From Hormiphora californensis (lineage: Eukaryota; Animalia; Ctenophora), in NCBI GenBank assembly GCA_020137815.1, contig CM035358.1:1736001-1800000 (forward strand): 64,000 nt of DNA, written 5' to 3'. The position numbers and the translations under genes are program-made. Shown here one piece after another: positions 44,401-57,300 of the stretch. Positions within the stretch are counted from its first letter, which is position 1; each line of letters starts with the position of its first letter. The notes below the pieces were generated by a model that ran no database searches, had not been told where the DNA came from, and worked only from the letters and a program-made list of their open reading frames with translations.

Positions 44401-47340
44401 TAATACATGTGATTTGGGTAAATAATCAGGTCAACCAGGAATTTTGGGGGGGACGGCTAATTCCTTCACTAATAGTTAGTCTAAGAGGTCCTTATGCACC
44501 AAAAAAAAGTTTTAAATCTGAAGTGGTGGGGAAGACCCCTATAATTGGCCTTAATTGGCACTAACTGGATATTCACGTAACTTGGCTTAGAAATGGAGTA
44601 GAGACAAAAATAAGGACACTAAAATGTGTAGAATCATCACATTATAGGGGGTAGAGACCATTACTGAGTCGATATCTCCAATACTAATTGAGATAATTGA
44701 GTTAATTGGATAATTCATGCCGCGCATGGTTGCCGAATACAAATCCTCTTAGAATAGGAGTAGAAATGAAAATAGGGACACTAAACTGTGCAGCGTCCTC
44801 GCATTAGTGGGGGTAGACACCCATGAAAAGTTCCTATCTCAATTGGTTAATTGGATAATTGGATAATTAGATATGCGCATAGCCGTATTAGCCTATTAGA
44901 TATATTCAGCAGACCATATACGATACCCTGAGACTCTAAGAGCCTCCTACATACCCCTAGTACCCTCCTAAATACCCCTCAGACCCCATGCTAGATTCCT
45001 ATTACACTCTATTAGATGCCCCTCGAAGCTTCCTAGATAGCCCTTACAGCTCATTTGGTAACCCTTTTACCTTCCTATATACCCCTCAGACCCAGCTAGA
45101 TGCTTTTTAGATCTTCCTAGATACCCCTAAAACTCTCCAAGATACACATTAGACTATACTAGATACCTCTTAGACCCCGTTAGATACCCCTAAAATCCTT
45201 CTAGATACCCCTCAGATCTTCATATGTATAGTATCTATTAGATACCCCTAGTACCTTCCTGGGCACCCCTCAGATCTCAGACCATATAAGATACCAATCA
45301 AGCATCATTAGATACCCCTCACAGCTCTCTAGATACCTTCACAGCTCCTTAGATAGCCATTTTACCCCTCTAGATACCCATTAGACCCTGCTAGATACAT
45401 ATCAGATCTTGCTAGATACCCCTGAACGCCCCAAAGATACCCCCAGAAGCTACTAGAAACCCCCTTAGACCCCATTAGATAGATATCTGTCAGACCCTTC
45501 TAGATACCCCTCCAGCTCCTTAGATAAGCCTATTACCATCCTAGACATCCCTCCGACCCTGGGATTGATAGATACCCATTACACCCCTCAAAAGCTTCCT
45601 AGATACACCTCACAGCTTATTAGACACCCTAATAGACTCCTAGACACCCCCATACCCCTGAAACCAGCCATTAGATAGCGCTCTGAGGTCTGAGGGGTGT
45701 CTAAGAAGCTCTGAGGGGTATCTAGAAGGAACTGAGGGGTATCTGATAGTGCCTAAGGGGTATATTAGTAGAGTCGGAGAGGTATCTTGGAGGGTTTTAG
45801 AGGTATCTAGCAGGGTCTGCGTTGTGTGGCTCACACCCTTTGGGAGGGTTCAGTAGATCAAAGTCTGAGGGGTGTCTAGGAGGCTAATAGGATTCATAGG
45901 AGCTGTGAGGGGTATGAATATGAAGCTTTGAGGCTTGAGGGGCATCTAAAAGGGTGTGATGGGTATCTAGTAGACCCAGGGTCAGGTATGAAGCTCTGAA
46001 GGGTATCTAGAAGGGTCTGACGGGTATCCGACTCTACTATATACCCCTTAGACACAATCAGATACCCCTCAGACCCCAGAGGGCTATCTAGTGGACGGTT
46101 TCAGGGGCGTGGGTGTGTCTGGGAGTTTATTAGGGCATCTAAAAAGTTGTGAGGGGTATCTAGGAAGCTCTTGAGGGGATTGAGGGGTATTTAATAGGGT
46201 GTAATGGGTATCTAAGAAGCCCAGGGTCTGACGGGTGTCTTGGATGGTAATAGGCTTATCGAAGGAGCTAGAGGGGTATCTAGAAGGGTCTGACAGATAT
46301 CTATCTAATGGGGTCTAAGGGGGTATGAATCTAATAGATTCTGGGGGTATCTATCAAGATCTGATATGTATCTAGCAGGGTCTTATGGGTATCTAGAGGG
46401 GTAAAATGGCTATCTAAGGAGCTGTGAAGGTATCTAGGGAGCTGTGAGGGGTACTTAATGATGCTTGATTGGTATCTTATATGGTCTGAGATCTGAGGGG
46501 TGCCCAGGAAGGTACTAGGGGTATCTATGAAGATCTGAGGGGTATCTAGAAGGATTTTAGGGGTATCTAACGGGGTCCAAGGGGTATCTAGTAGAGTCTA
46601 ATGTATATCTTGGAGAGTTGTAGGGCCCTATAGGGGTATCTAGGAAGATCTAAAAAGCATCTAGCTGGGTCTGAGGGGTGTATAGGAAGGTAAAAGGGTT
46701 ACCCAATGAGCTGTAAGGGCTATCTAGGAAGCTTCGAGGGGCATCTAATAGAGTGTAATAGGAATCTAGCATGGGGTATTTAGGAGGGTACTAGGGGTAT
46801 GTAGGAGGCTCTTAGAGTCTCAGGGTATCGTATATGGTCTGCTGAATATATCTAATAGGCTAATACGGCTATGCGCATATCTAATTATCCAATTATCCAA
46901 TTAACCAATTGAGATAGGAACTTTTCATGGGTGTCTACCCCCACTAATGCGAGGACGCTGCACAGTTTAGTGTCCCTATTTTCATTTCTACTCCTATTCT
47001 AAGAGGATTTGTATTCGGCAACCATGCACGGCATGAATTATCCAATTAACTCAATTATCTCAATTAGTATTGGAGATATCGACTCAGTAATGGTCTCTAC
47101 CCCCTATAATGTGATGATTCTACACATTTTAGTGTCCTTATTTTTGTCTCTACTCCATTTCTAAGCCAAGTTACGTGAATATCCAGTTAGTGCCAATTAA
47201 GGCCAATTATAGGGGTCTTCCCCACCACTTCAGATTTAAAACTTTTTTTTGGTGCATAAGGACCTCTTAGACTAACTATTAGTGAAGGAATTAGCCGTCC
47301 CCCCCAAAATTCCTGGTCCTTACCCTAATCACATGCATTA
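44401..47340. mobile_element. 2.9-kb foldback DNA element with long inverted arms and TAGATACCCC-type minisatellite
   Basis: TTA|TAATACATGTGATTTGGGTAA...TTACCCTAATCACATGCATTA|TTA; removing it restores the Penelope reading frame; 3-bp TSD (Academ- or Harbinger-like). Confidence 0.82.
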
Positions 47341-48302
47341 TTAATCGCCGGATGAAGAGTGTGAATAGCCGCTTGTTCCAGTAGATTTAGACTGAGGCAG
47401 GAGGAAGAAGAGGAGAGGATAGAGGTAGAATTCCAGTCCAGTTTCCTGAAGCTGATGTCCGTGACTTGGGTGTCCAGATGTCCTCGGATGGTTCTTGGTC
47501 TAAGCACATTGCCACCATTGTGAGGAGAGCCTCTCCTATCTGGGTGGATTTTCAGTGTTTTTCGAGATCGTTCACCAGAGGTAATGTTGCAACTCTTCAA
47601 ATCACTGGTCAGACCAATTTTGGAGTATTGTTGTCTGGTCTGGGATCCGTCAAAGTCTGGGGACATCAAGTCAATTGAGAACGTCCAACGGTGTTTTACT
47701 AGAAGACTTGATGGAATGCAGAATCTCGACTATTGGGAGAGATTAAAAGTTCTCAACCTGATGTCTCTTCAACGTAGGAGACAACGTTACATATTGATAC
47801 ATGTGTGGAAGACGATCCATGGGTTTGTTCCGAATTCTGCAAATCTTGTGTTCCAACACAGTGCAAGGCTGGGTATGAGGTTAGTCCCACCAGTGTTTCC
47901 TTATCGGGCTGAGACCTGGAGAGCGAATCAGTACCATTCTTCCTTCGGACCGAGAGCTGCTCACCTGTGGAACAGGTTGCCAGCGGCCGTTAACTCTTGC
48001 GGAAGCTTAGGTCAATTCAAATCATCCCTGGGCAATTACTTGACAGGCTTTTATGACCGTCCCCCTGTCAGAGGCTATCCATCACTTCCCAATGATATTT
48101 CCCCTCAATGTGCTGTAAATGTCTGAGAGTGGCTGAGAGGTGATACGTGTTTAATTTATTTAGGTGGACCCACTAAGGGAAGGCCTGTTGTGTACACTAA
48201 AACTTTTATTGTAAACTTGTAAACTTGTAAACTGTAACTTTGTTAAACTAAATTAATAAAACATTTTAATTATTACCCATTTTAACTTTCATAGCTCAGA
48301 CC

Positions 48303-51300
48303 ATGAACCGACCACATAGTCGCCGATCGGACGGGTCTGAGGCCGAGCAGGAGCGACTTCAGGAATGTAACGAACTCAGTAAGTCAACTTAGCTCTCAGA
48401 ATACCCCATACCCCCATGACCCCTCCCAATTGACATCTTAGCTGATCACTTTTACACACGAAAAATTATTTGCGGCAGACTTTTATTTTTCAGACTTTTG
48501 AACAATTTTGAACAATCAAAGAAATTGACATCAATAATAAACAGTGATAAATCTCGCTTGCAATCTCGCTTGCATTAATCGAATCGAATTTGAAAATATT
48601 TAGTGTATGAAACAAACGTATTGTGCATCTCTCCAGTCTCCTGCTAGAATTCAACAAATTGCAAGTTATTCAATTCATCCAACTATGTAATACTTTACAA
48701 ACATTTACAAACGTCTTTTGGTGAACCTGGGCATGCTCCTTACATAATCTCTTCTCTCTGATTCACTGGTAAAAACATGGCTGAAGTTGAAGCAGGAGGG
48801 GTTTTATGAACTTTATTTCGTTGGCGGCGAACTGTCCTTTCGATTAACTCCCGGGCAGGAAGGTAATTAGCTAATAAAACTTCAGAAAGTCCACGTGCGG
48901 TTTGACGGACGATATCTTTTACTGAGGCGTCAGAAACTTCGGCAGTATCTTTCAACCTGGGGCGGGGATAGAAAAATATTAGTATTTACTAATCCATATA
49001 ACATACTTTACTAAAACTAAAATTGTAGATCAAATATGTGTTACTATGATAATGTTTAGCTATTACCACAAAGCTTTGTAAACAAGACTTACTTAGAATA
49101 GAACTGGCGAGCTTCAACATCGTAGGAGTCGGGTAGATGAGTGTGTAGAGGCTGTGTACAGAGTAGCTCCTGCCCTTGCTCGTCCCTGGATCGCAGCCTT
49201 GCCTTGCAACCATCATTTTTCTTGCTACAGTACCAGTAGGTAACCTTGAGTTTAGACTTTAGTTCTCTAGTGGTCTCTTTGATAAAAAATAAAGCCTTCA
49301 ACTGCAAGTTGCACTCCGCCTCGGGTTCCTCGTAAAACGGTTACAGTGGATCCATTAGGTGGAGCAAACAAGTCCTCTGAAAAATAAACGCGTGTTAATA
49401 TTGTAGACATCTCAGGTTACGATTCGTAGCTAGAAGTGTTTAAAGCATGGACTAATAAGTGTAATTACCTGATTCATTAATAGTAGGAAACGATTCGATA
49501 TAACTATCGGACAATGGTGGCGGGGGTACAATTTGGGCGTCTGTAATGATGTCATTCAGTGTAGGTGGCGCTGGCAAATTAACAAAAGTCATGATGAAAA
49601 ATGATAATGGTTTTTCATACAATTTCGTCACACTTAAGTATACCCTTCTATTACATTCCATCATGCGACCCGATTTCACTGAGACAGGGTCGAATGTCTT
49701 CATAATATTGACGTGACAAGCTGTTGACCATTGAACATGATCATGATAATAAACTGATCAGTGATCAGCTAAGAGGTCTATCAGGGTGGTATTCGGTTTG
49801 TACACTGATCAGTGATCAGCTAAGAGGTTTGCATTGTACACTGATCAGTGATCAGATTCTGTGATCTGATCTGGTCAGTGAACAGGTCATAGCACCTTTA
49901 GTTATTGGTCGCTTTACTGATTGTCCCTGATCGTATATTAGTATTCAGGTATACAGGCAATCAACGTAGTGGACAGTGGTATTCAATTATCTCTCTCTTT
50001 CCCTCTCTCACTTTCCTGCCTTCCTGGTCGCCCTCTCTTTCTCTGTTTCTCTCTTTCCCTTTCTCTCGCTCTCTTGGTCTCGCTCTCTCTCTCGCTCTAT
50101 GAAGTTTTAAGTGACTAAAGATCGAGTACGTTTCAGAAATGGAGCTGACGAAACTACAACAGCAGTACAGGATCATGGCAAGCGGCACCAAAGCCTACTG
50201 CGAGGAAGCACAAAACGCTATCAGAAAACATAAGTTAGTGGAGAAAAGATAGTGTTGTAACTGTCCTATTTCTTTTTCTCACGTAGACTAATAATCAGTT
50301 GACAAGTTCTCATGTATCTGACTTAGTATTTGCTGCACTAACACTCAAACTAGAGTCTATTTTTAATAGGGGGAGCATCGAACAGCTGGAGAGCGAAGAA
50401 GCAGAACTTCTAAAAGAGCTAAATCTTGCTCGATCAAACCAGAATAAACTCAAGGACAAGGGTACAGTTGACAAGTTGAAAGGCCTGAAAGACAGAGAAG
50501 GTAAGATATCCCGTCACTTGTCGTGAAGTAAACCCCTGCTGGACCCCTCCTGAAGATGTATCATCTAATTGAAAATCATTTACCGAACTTTTTCCCAGAG
50601 GAGGCGATGGCGAAGATTGAGGAAGAAAGGGAGAAAATCAAGAACTTTGATTTACAGATAAGGAAAATGGAGAAGGCCAAGAGGGATCAGCATAAGAATA
50701 TGGGAGGGTAAGTGTGCATTTTGTATTTGAAACTATGTGGTAATTTTCACTCGCAACCTAATTTCCACGAGAAAGGTATTCTTCGGGCTAGAAACAACTT
50801 TGGCTAATATAGTAGTACTATTCAAATCATGAAGAATGGTGCTGGTCTGAGACTCAAGAGACATCTCCTTCTCTTGCTAATTCATTGTTTTATCTCTCTA
50901 ATTTACCCCCCTTTTCGAATAGTGCATCACAGTCTCCCTTTCCCCCTTTACAATAACGTGTAAAACAGCGACCAAACTTGATATAGACGCCAATATCTCA
51001 GCAACCATTCTACATACAGGAGTTTGCAAATATTTGTGAGAAGCTCCTTCGTCTGGTCTTGAATATGAACTAAAATTTACAAGTCTTTGTACTAAGATGG
51101 TGCTTCCATGACCAATTATATGAGCAGCAAACTAAAAATTATCCAGTATACCAGTGACATTCTACACCATTTCAACACCTTTCCTACAGTAGGGCAAAGG
51201 ATCTCTCTTCTCTCTCTTTCCCCCAGGGGGGATGGTCGTGGGAAAAGTTGATGCACTGTTTTGAGTGATCCCAGGAAAGAAAGGCACTAATTAACCAACT

Positions 51301-54300
51301 GAGAATGTCATTCAAGATAAAACTATGCAGGAGTGATTCATAAGACCCATTTCTACTATTTTAGATGATAATAGGACATAATTAATTTTTTATGCTAGCC
51401 CGAAGAATACCTTTAATATTAATACAAAACGCGGAGTTTTTACGTCAGCCGACCCGAAACCGGATTAAATTTTGCCACCCGCTGGTCTCAGGGCCTCCAA
51501 ATATGTCAAAATATGTCTGAATTGTCATTTGGGGTCATTTAGACCTTTTAATTACATGTAATTACCCTTTAATTACATGTAATTACATTTTAATTACATG
51601 TAAATACTTCCAATTACATTCCAATTACTTCAGCACCTCGAGAGCTTTCGAACGCACCCTATAACACCTTTCTACTCCTTCTAATTGCCGAGTTCTGTAT
51701 ACCCCTTATTTTGACTGTTTTTCGCGTCCTACCCCTTATGGGTTTGGGTACGGCCATCGCCGCACCCCCTATACGTCGCGGGACCTCGAGACCTTTCCAA
51801 CGAGCCATAGAACACCTCTCTACTACTTCAGGGGGCTTCAAAACTTTCACTCTAAAAATATCTATGGTTTATGGTTTATGGTTTATGGTTTACCTCGACC
51901 AAAACGCGGAGTTTTTACGTCAGCCGACCCGAAACCGGATTAAATTTGCCCACTCGCTGGTCTCAGGGCCTCCAAATATATGTCAAAATATGTCTGAATT
52001 GCCATTTGGGGTCATTTAGACCTTTTAATTACATGCAATTACCCTTTAATTACATGTAATTACATTTTAATTACATGTAATTACTTCCAATTACATTCCA
52101 ATTACTTCAGCACCTCGAGAGCTTTCGAACGCACCCTAGAACACCTTTCTACTCCTTCTAATTGCCGAGTTCTGTATACCCCTTATTTTGACTGTTTTTC
52201 GCGTCCTACCCCTTATAAGTTTGGGTATGGCCATCGCCACACCCCCTATACGTCGCGGGACCTCGAGACCTTTCCAACGAGCCATAGAACACCTCTCTAC
52301 TACTTCAGGGGGCTTCAAAACTTTCACTCTAAAAATATCTATGGTTTATGGTTTTATGGTTTACGGTTTATGGTTTTTTTTCATCTGGTATTAAGGGCCT
52401 GTCGGCTCGGCCCCGTTGTTTTAGTTTTAGGGGGGGGGGGGTGTTTTAGGGGGGGATGGGTTGAGTTTGGGTTATATTCGGGTCGGGGGGGCCTTGCCAG
52501 GCCCCGAATGGTTTATTTTTCATCTGGTATTAAGGGCCTGTCGGCTCGGCCCCGTTGTTTTAGTTTTAGGGGGGATGTTTTAGGGGGGATGGATTGAGTT
52601 TGGGTTATATTCGGGTCGGGGGGCCTTGCCAGGCCCCGAATGGTTATGGTTTTTTTTCATCTGGTATTAAGGGCCTGTCGGCTCGGCCCCGTTGTTTTAC
52701 TGTTTTAGTTTTAGGGGGGATGTTTTAGGGGGGATGGGTTGAGTTTGGATTAGATTCGGGTCGGGGGGCCTTGCCAGGCCCCGAATAATGAATGGGTATT
52801 TCTATACCTAACTGACTCTCCCAACCAGAGTTCATATGAGTCAGCAAGTGCAGGTAGCGACCAAAAAACAGGTTGCTGTCCTCGAGAACAGGCTGGATCA
52901 GGCTCTGAAGAGGTTCAACACAATTCTAGCAGATAACAAAAAGAAAAGGGAACTCATTGATCATTTGAGGCAGGAGAAGGTTATCTTTGAGAATCTGTTC
53001 AAGAAACTGGAGAAGGTTAGTGTTGCTATTTTGACAACGAATTGAAATAGTACGATAAAATTCCCTCTTTCCTAGATCTAGGGTTTTAGTTAGGGGCATG
53101 GGGCTTGAGAATGGGAAAAAAAATGGTACCAGCCAATTTCTTCACCAATGTGTCCCAAATGGTCCCCAGAAACACCAAAAAGTTTTGTCCGGCTCGGGAT
53201 GAAGGGCAGAGGGTCCATTTCCTGGTTTATATGCATGCGCATCAAGTACTGTGAGGGGGGAATTAAAAATCTTAAAAATTGGAGTTTTGGTCCCGGAAAA
53301 AGGGTCTACTCCGACCGGAAACATCGTGTTAGTGGGGGTAGAGCATGTCAAATTTATCATTAAACCATTCGCTAATGAGATAATTACATAATTAGTATAC
53401 TAATTATCGAAAAATCGTAAAAATTGGAGTTTTGGACCCGAAAATGACTCATCCCGACCGGAAACCGCGTGTTAGTGGCGGTAGAGCAGGTCAAAATTAC
53501 CCTCAAACCATTTGCTGATGAGATAATTACATAATTAGTCGACTAATTCTCGAAAATCGTAAAAATTGGAGTTTTGGACCCGGAAAATGAGCGTACCTGA
53601 TACCCCTCAGACCCTACTAGATACTCCTCTGACCCTCCCAGGAACCCCTCTGACCCTCCCAGATAACCCTCTGATCCTCCCAGATACCCCTCTGACCCTC
53701 CCAGATAGCCCTCTGACCCTCCCAGATAGCCCTCTGACCCTACTAGACACCCAAAGACCCTCCCAGATAGCCCTGTGACCCTCGCAGATACCCCTCTGAT
53801 CCTCCCAGAAAGCCCTCGGACCCTCCCAGATACCCCTAAGACCCTCCCAGATACCCCCTGATCCTACTAGATAGCCTTAGACCCTCCCAGATAGCCCGCT
53901 GACCCTCCCAGATACCCCACTGACCCTACTAAATACCCATCTGACCGTCCATATATACCCCTCTGACCCTCTGACCCAACCTGATACCCCTCTGACCCTA
54001 CCTGATACCCCTCTGACCTTATTAGATATCCTCTGACCCTCCCAGATAACCCTCTGACCCTCCCAGATAACCCTCTGACCTTCCCAGATACCCCTCTGAC
54101 CCTCCCAGATAGCCCTCTGACCCTCCCAGATACCCCACTGACCCTACTAGATACCCATCTGACCGTCCCATATACCCCTCTGACCCTCCTAGATAGCCCT
54201 CTGACCCTCCTATGATACCCCTCTGACCCTCCTAGATATCCCTCTGACCCTATTGAATACCCTAAGACCCTCCCAGATACCCCTCTGACCCTCGCAGATA

Positions 54301-57300
54301 GCCCTCTGACCCTACTAGATACCCTAAGACCCTCCCAGATAGCCCTCTGACCCTCGCAGATACCCCTCTGATCCTCCCAGATAGCCTCTGACCCTCCAGA
54401 TACCCTTCTGACCATCCCAGATACACCCTGGGAGGGTCAGAGGGTTATCTGGGAGGGTCAGAGGATATCTAATAGGGTCAGAGGGGTATCAGGTAGGGTC
54501 AGAGGGCTATCTAGGAGGGTCAGAGGGGTATATGGGACGGTCAGATGGCTATCTGGGAGGGTCAGAGGGGTATCTGGGAAGGTCAGAGGATTATCTGGGA
54601 GGGTCAGAGGGTTATCTGGGAGGGTCAGAGGATGTCTAATAGGGTCAGAGGGGTATCAGGTAGGGTCAGAGGATATCTAATAGGGTCAGAGAGGTATCTG
54701 GGAGGGTCAGAGAGCTATCTAGGAGGGTCAGAGGGGTATATATGGGACGGTCAGATGGGTATCTAGTAGGGTCAGTGGGGTATTTGGGAGGGTCAGCGGG
54801 CTATCTGGGAGGGTCTTAGGGTATCTAATAGGGTCAGAAGGGTACCTGGGAGGATCAGAGGGCTTTCTGGGAGGATCAGAGGGTATCTGCGAGGGTCACA
54901 GGGCTATCTGGGAGGGTCTTTGGGTGTCTAGTTGGATCAGGGGGTATCTGGGAGGGTCAGAGGGGTATCTGGGAGGATCAGAGGGTTATCTGGGAGGGTC
55001 AGAGAGGTATCTGGGAGGGTCAGAGAGCTATCTAGGAGGGTCAGAGGGGTATATATGGGACGGTCAGATGGGTATCTAGTAGGGTCAGTGGGGTATTTGG
55101 GAGGGTCAGCGGGCTATCTGGGAGGGTCTTAGGGTATCTAATAGGGTCAGAAGGGTACCTGGGAGGATCAGAGGGCTTTCTGGGAGGATCAGAGGGTATC
55201 TGCGAGGGTCACAGGGCTATCTGGGAGGGTCTTTGGGTGTCTAGTTGGATCAGGGGGTATCTGGGAGGGTCAGAGGGGTATCTGGGAGGATCAGAGGGTT
55301 ATCTGGGGGGGTCAGAGGGGTACCTGGGAGGGTCAGAGGAGTATCTAGTAGGGTCTGAGGTGTATCAGGTACGCTCATTTCGGGGTCCAAAACTCAAATT
55401 TTTACTTTTTTTCAAGAATTAGTCGACTAATTATGTAATTATCTCATCAGCAAATGGTTTGAGGGTAATTTTGACCTGCTCTACCCCTACTAACACGCGG
55501 TTTCCGGTCGGGGTGAGTCATTTTCGGGTCCAAAACTCCAATTTTTACGATTTTCGATAATTAGTATACTAATTATGTAATTATCTCATTAGCGAATGGT
55601 TTTATGATAAATTTGACATGCTCTACCCCCACTAACACGATGTTTCCGGTCGGAGTAGACCCTTTTCCCGGGACCAAAACTCCAATTTTTAAGATTTTTA
55701 ATTCCCCCCTCACAGTACTTGATGCACATGCATATAAACCCGGAAATGGACCCTCTGCCCTTCATCCCGAGCCGGACAAAACTTTTTGGTGTTTCTGGGG
55801 ACCATTCGGGACACATTGGTGAAGAAATTGGCTGGTACCATTTTTTTTCCAATTCGGGGTGAAATTTTCCATTCCCGCCCCTAACTATTTAATATAATCG
55901 CAAACTCAGAAGTTTTACTTTTCCTATTCTTTCGGCCGCAGCCGATCTGTTGAATATTCTTTTCTCACGGTTTTTCTCTATTTCCTACTATACCTTCTTT
56001 TCTCGTTCCAGGAATTGGGAGATACAAAGAAGGAGATCTCAATCATTACTGAGGACAGCACTGCTGCATATGACCAGAGGTTTGTTGACAGAAGAGTCAA
56101 CTACGAGTAGACTTATACGATAAAATAGCTTTGAACTATAAATTCAGAACTGGCTATCCATCTCACTTTTCGACTGTTTCTGATATATCACAATCTCCAG
56201 GGACGAAGCGCAGTTCAAGATGCTCGCTCTGAAGGAGAAATCCGACAAGGAAATGATTCAGTACAATGTTGAGTTGAAGGAGATTAGGAGGATTCTGGAA
56301 CACGACAGGAAACTCAAGGAATTCATGACAATCAAGGCCCAAGAGAGGGAGATGGATGAAGAGAGCCTGGCGAGAAAGAGGAAGAAGGATGCTGCTGAAA
56401 AGGCTGAGAAGGCAGAGGAGGCCATTACGGTTAGTTAATAATTAGGGGATTACTAAACACTGTTTAGTTGTAGGAGGTCTTTCGAAACATGATAAACTTA
56501 TGCCTTATGGTTTGATTTATTTCAGACCTATGCCCAAGCCTTTGAGAAGATTAGGGAGGTTACTGGCATTCAGGATACTGATAAGCTGGTCAAGAGGTTC
56601 ATCGAAGGTATGTCACATGCTTGAAAAAAGTTAATTCGTTACTTTTGTTGTCTTGGTTTTTCTACAATCGCCAATAAACAGTGAACATCCCTCCGGCTGA
56701 TGAAACCCAACTTCAAAGAATCTTCGCAAACTATACCTCTTGAACAATCATTATTCAATAATGGTTGCTTTTTTGTGTCAAAATGGGTGAACTATGAATT
56801 GTGCGACAGACAATTGCCACTTCTCCATCACAGCTTTACTTTCAGAATGTTGGAACGCGCGAAACAGAATTGTTGTCTGGGTTGGCGCACTTTACAGGGG
56901 TTGCTATAGGAATGTGCGCGCGGGCTAAAAACAGTTGAATACAGCTTGGACGAAGCAACAAAGCAACTGGAAATAAGGTCCCTGGAGCCTGGTCCATTTA
57001 ATTTTGCTTAACCACCTCTTTATTCTTTCAGTTGAGGACCAGAACTTTGCCCTTTTCAACTACGTTAATGAGCTGAATAACTCTATTGAAACCATTCAGG
57101 AGCAGATCAATACCGTAAGTTTTTGTCCGGTGTTTTGGAAGCTTAGAACAAGCGGTTTTAAATTTTAATATAATAAACGGAAACTTACAAAAGTAAGTCA
57201 TTAATTAATACTATTGGGATTTTTAAACAAATTTGAAGTTAAATACTCGCTTCATAATCTTAGACACGATCTCTCGTTCAGTCTCTCGTTCAGTCACTTA

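Larger units (their letters stand above)
44016..47440 (-). mobile_element. 5'-truncated Penelope-like element (pieces 47440-47344 and 44400-44016)
   Basis: 10-bp TSD GTTTCCTGAA (44006-44015, 47441-47450). Rejoined minus strand reads DWNSTSILSSSSSCLSLNLLEQAAIHTLHPAINRTDKVP, typical of the PLE GIY-YIG C-terminus (DW..IL...LE...I....P.IN). Hammerhead motif in the 3' region. Confidence 0.78.
43636..48126 (+). pseudogene. Split RT C-terminal half of LINE 2 (43636-44015 and 47451-48126)
   Basis: SGVAQGSVLGPLLF, FADD, RDLGV, KSLVRPILEYC, SLQRRRQR; small frameshift near 47530. Confidence 0.9.
35987..48240 (+). mobile_element. CR1-group LINE 2, internally deleted and interrupted by nested insertions
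   Basis: ORF1, APE, RT pieces (43636-44015, 47451-48126) and a 3' tail of TTGTAAAC repeats (~48209-48240). Confidence 0.88.

Noticed and set aside
53566-55422. Repetitive GSEGYL/RVRGVSG ORFs
   Set aside because: Minisatellite arms of a foldback element, mirrored on both strands.
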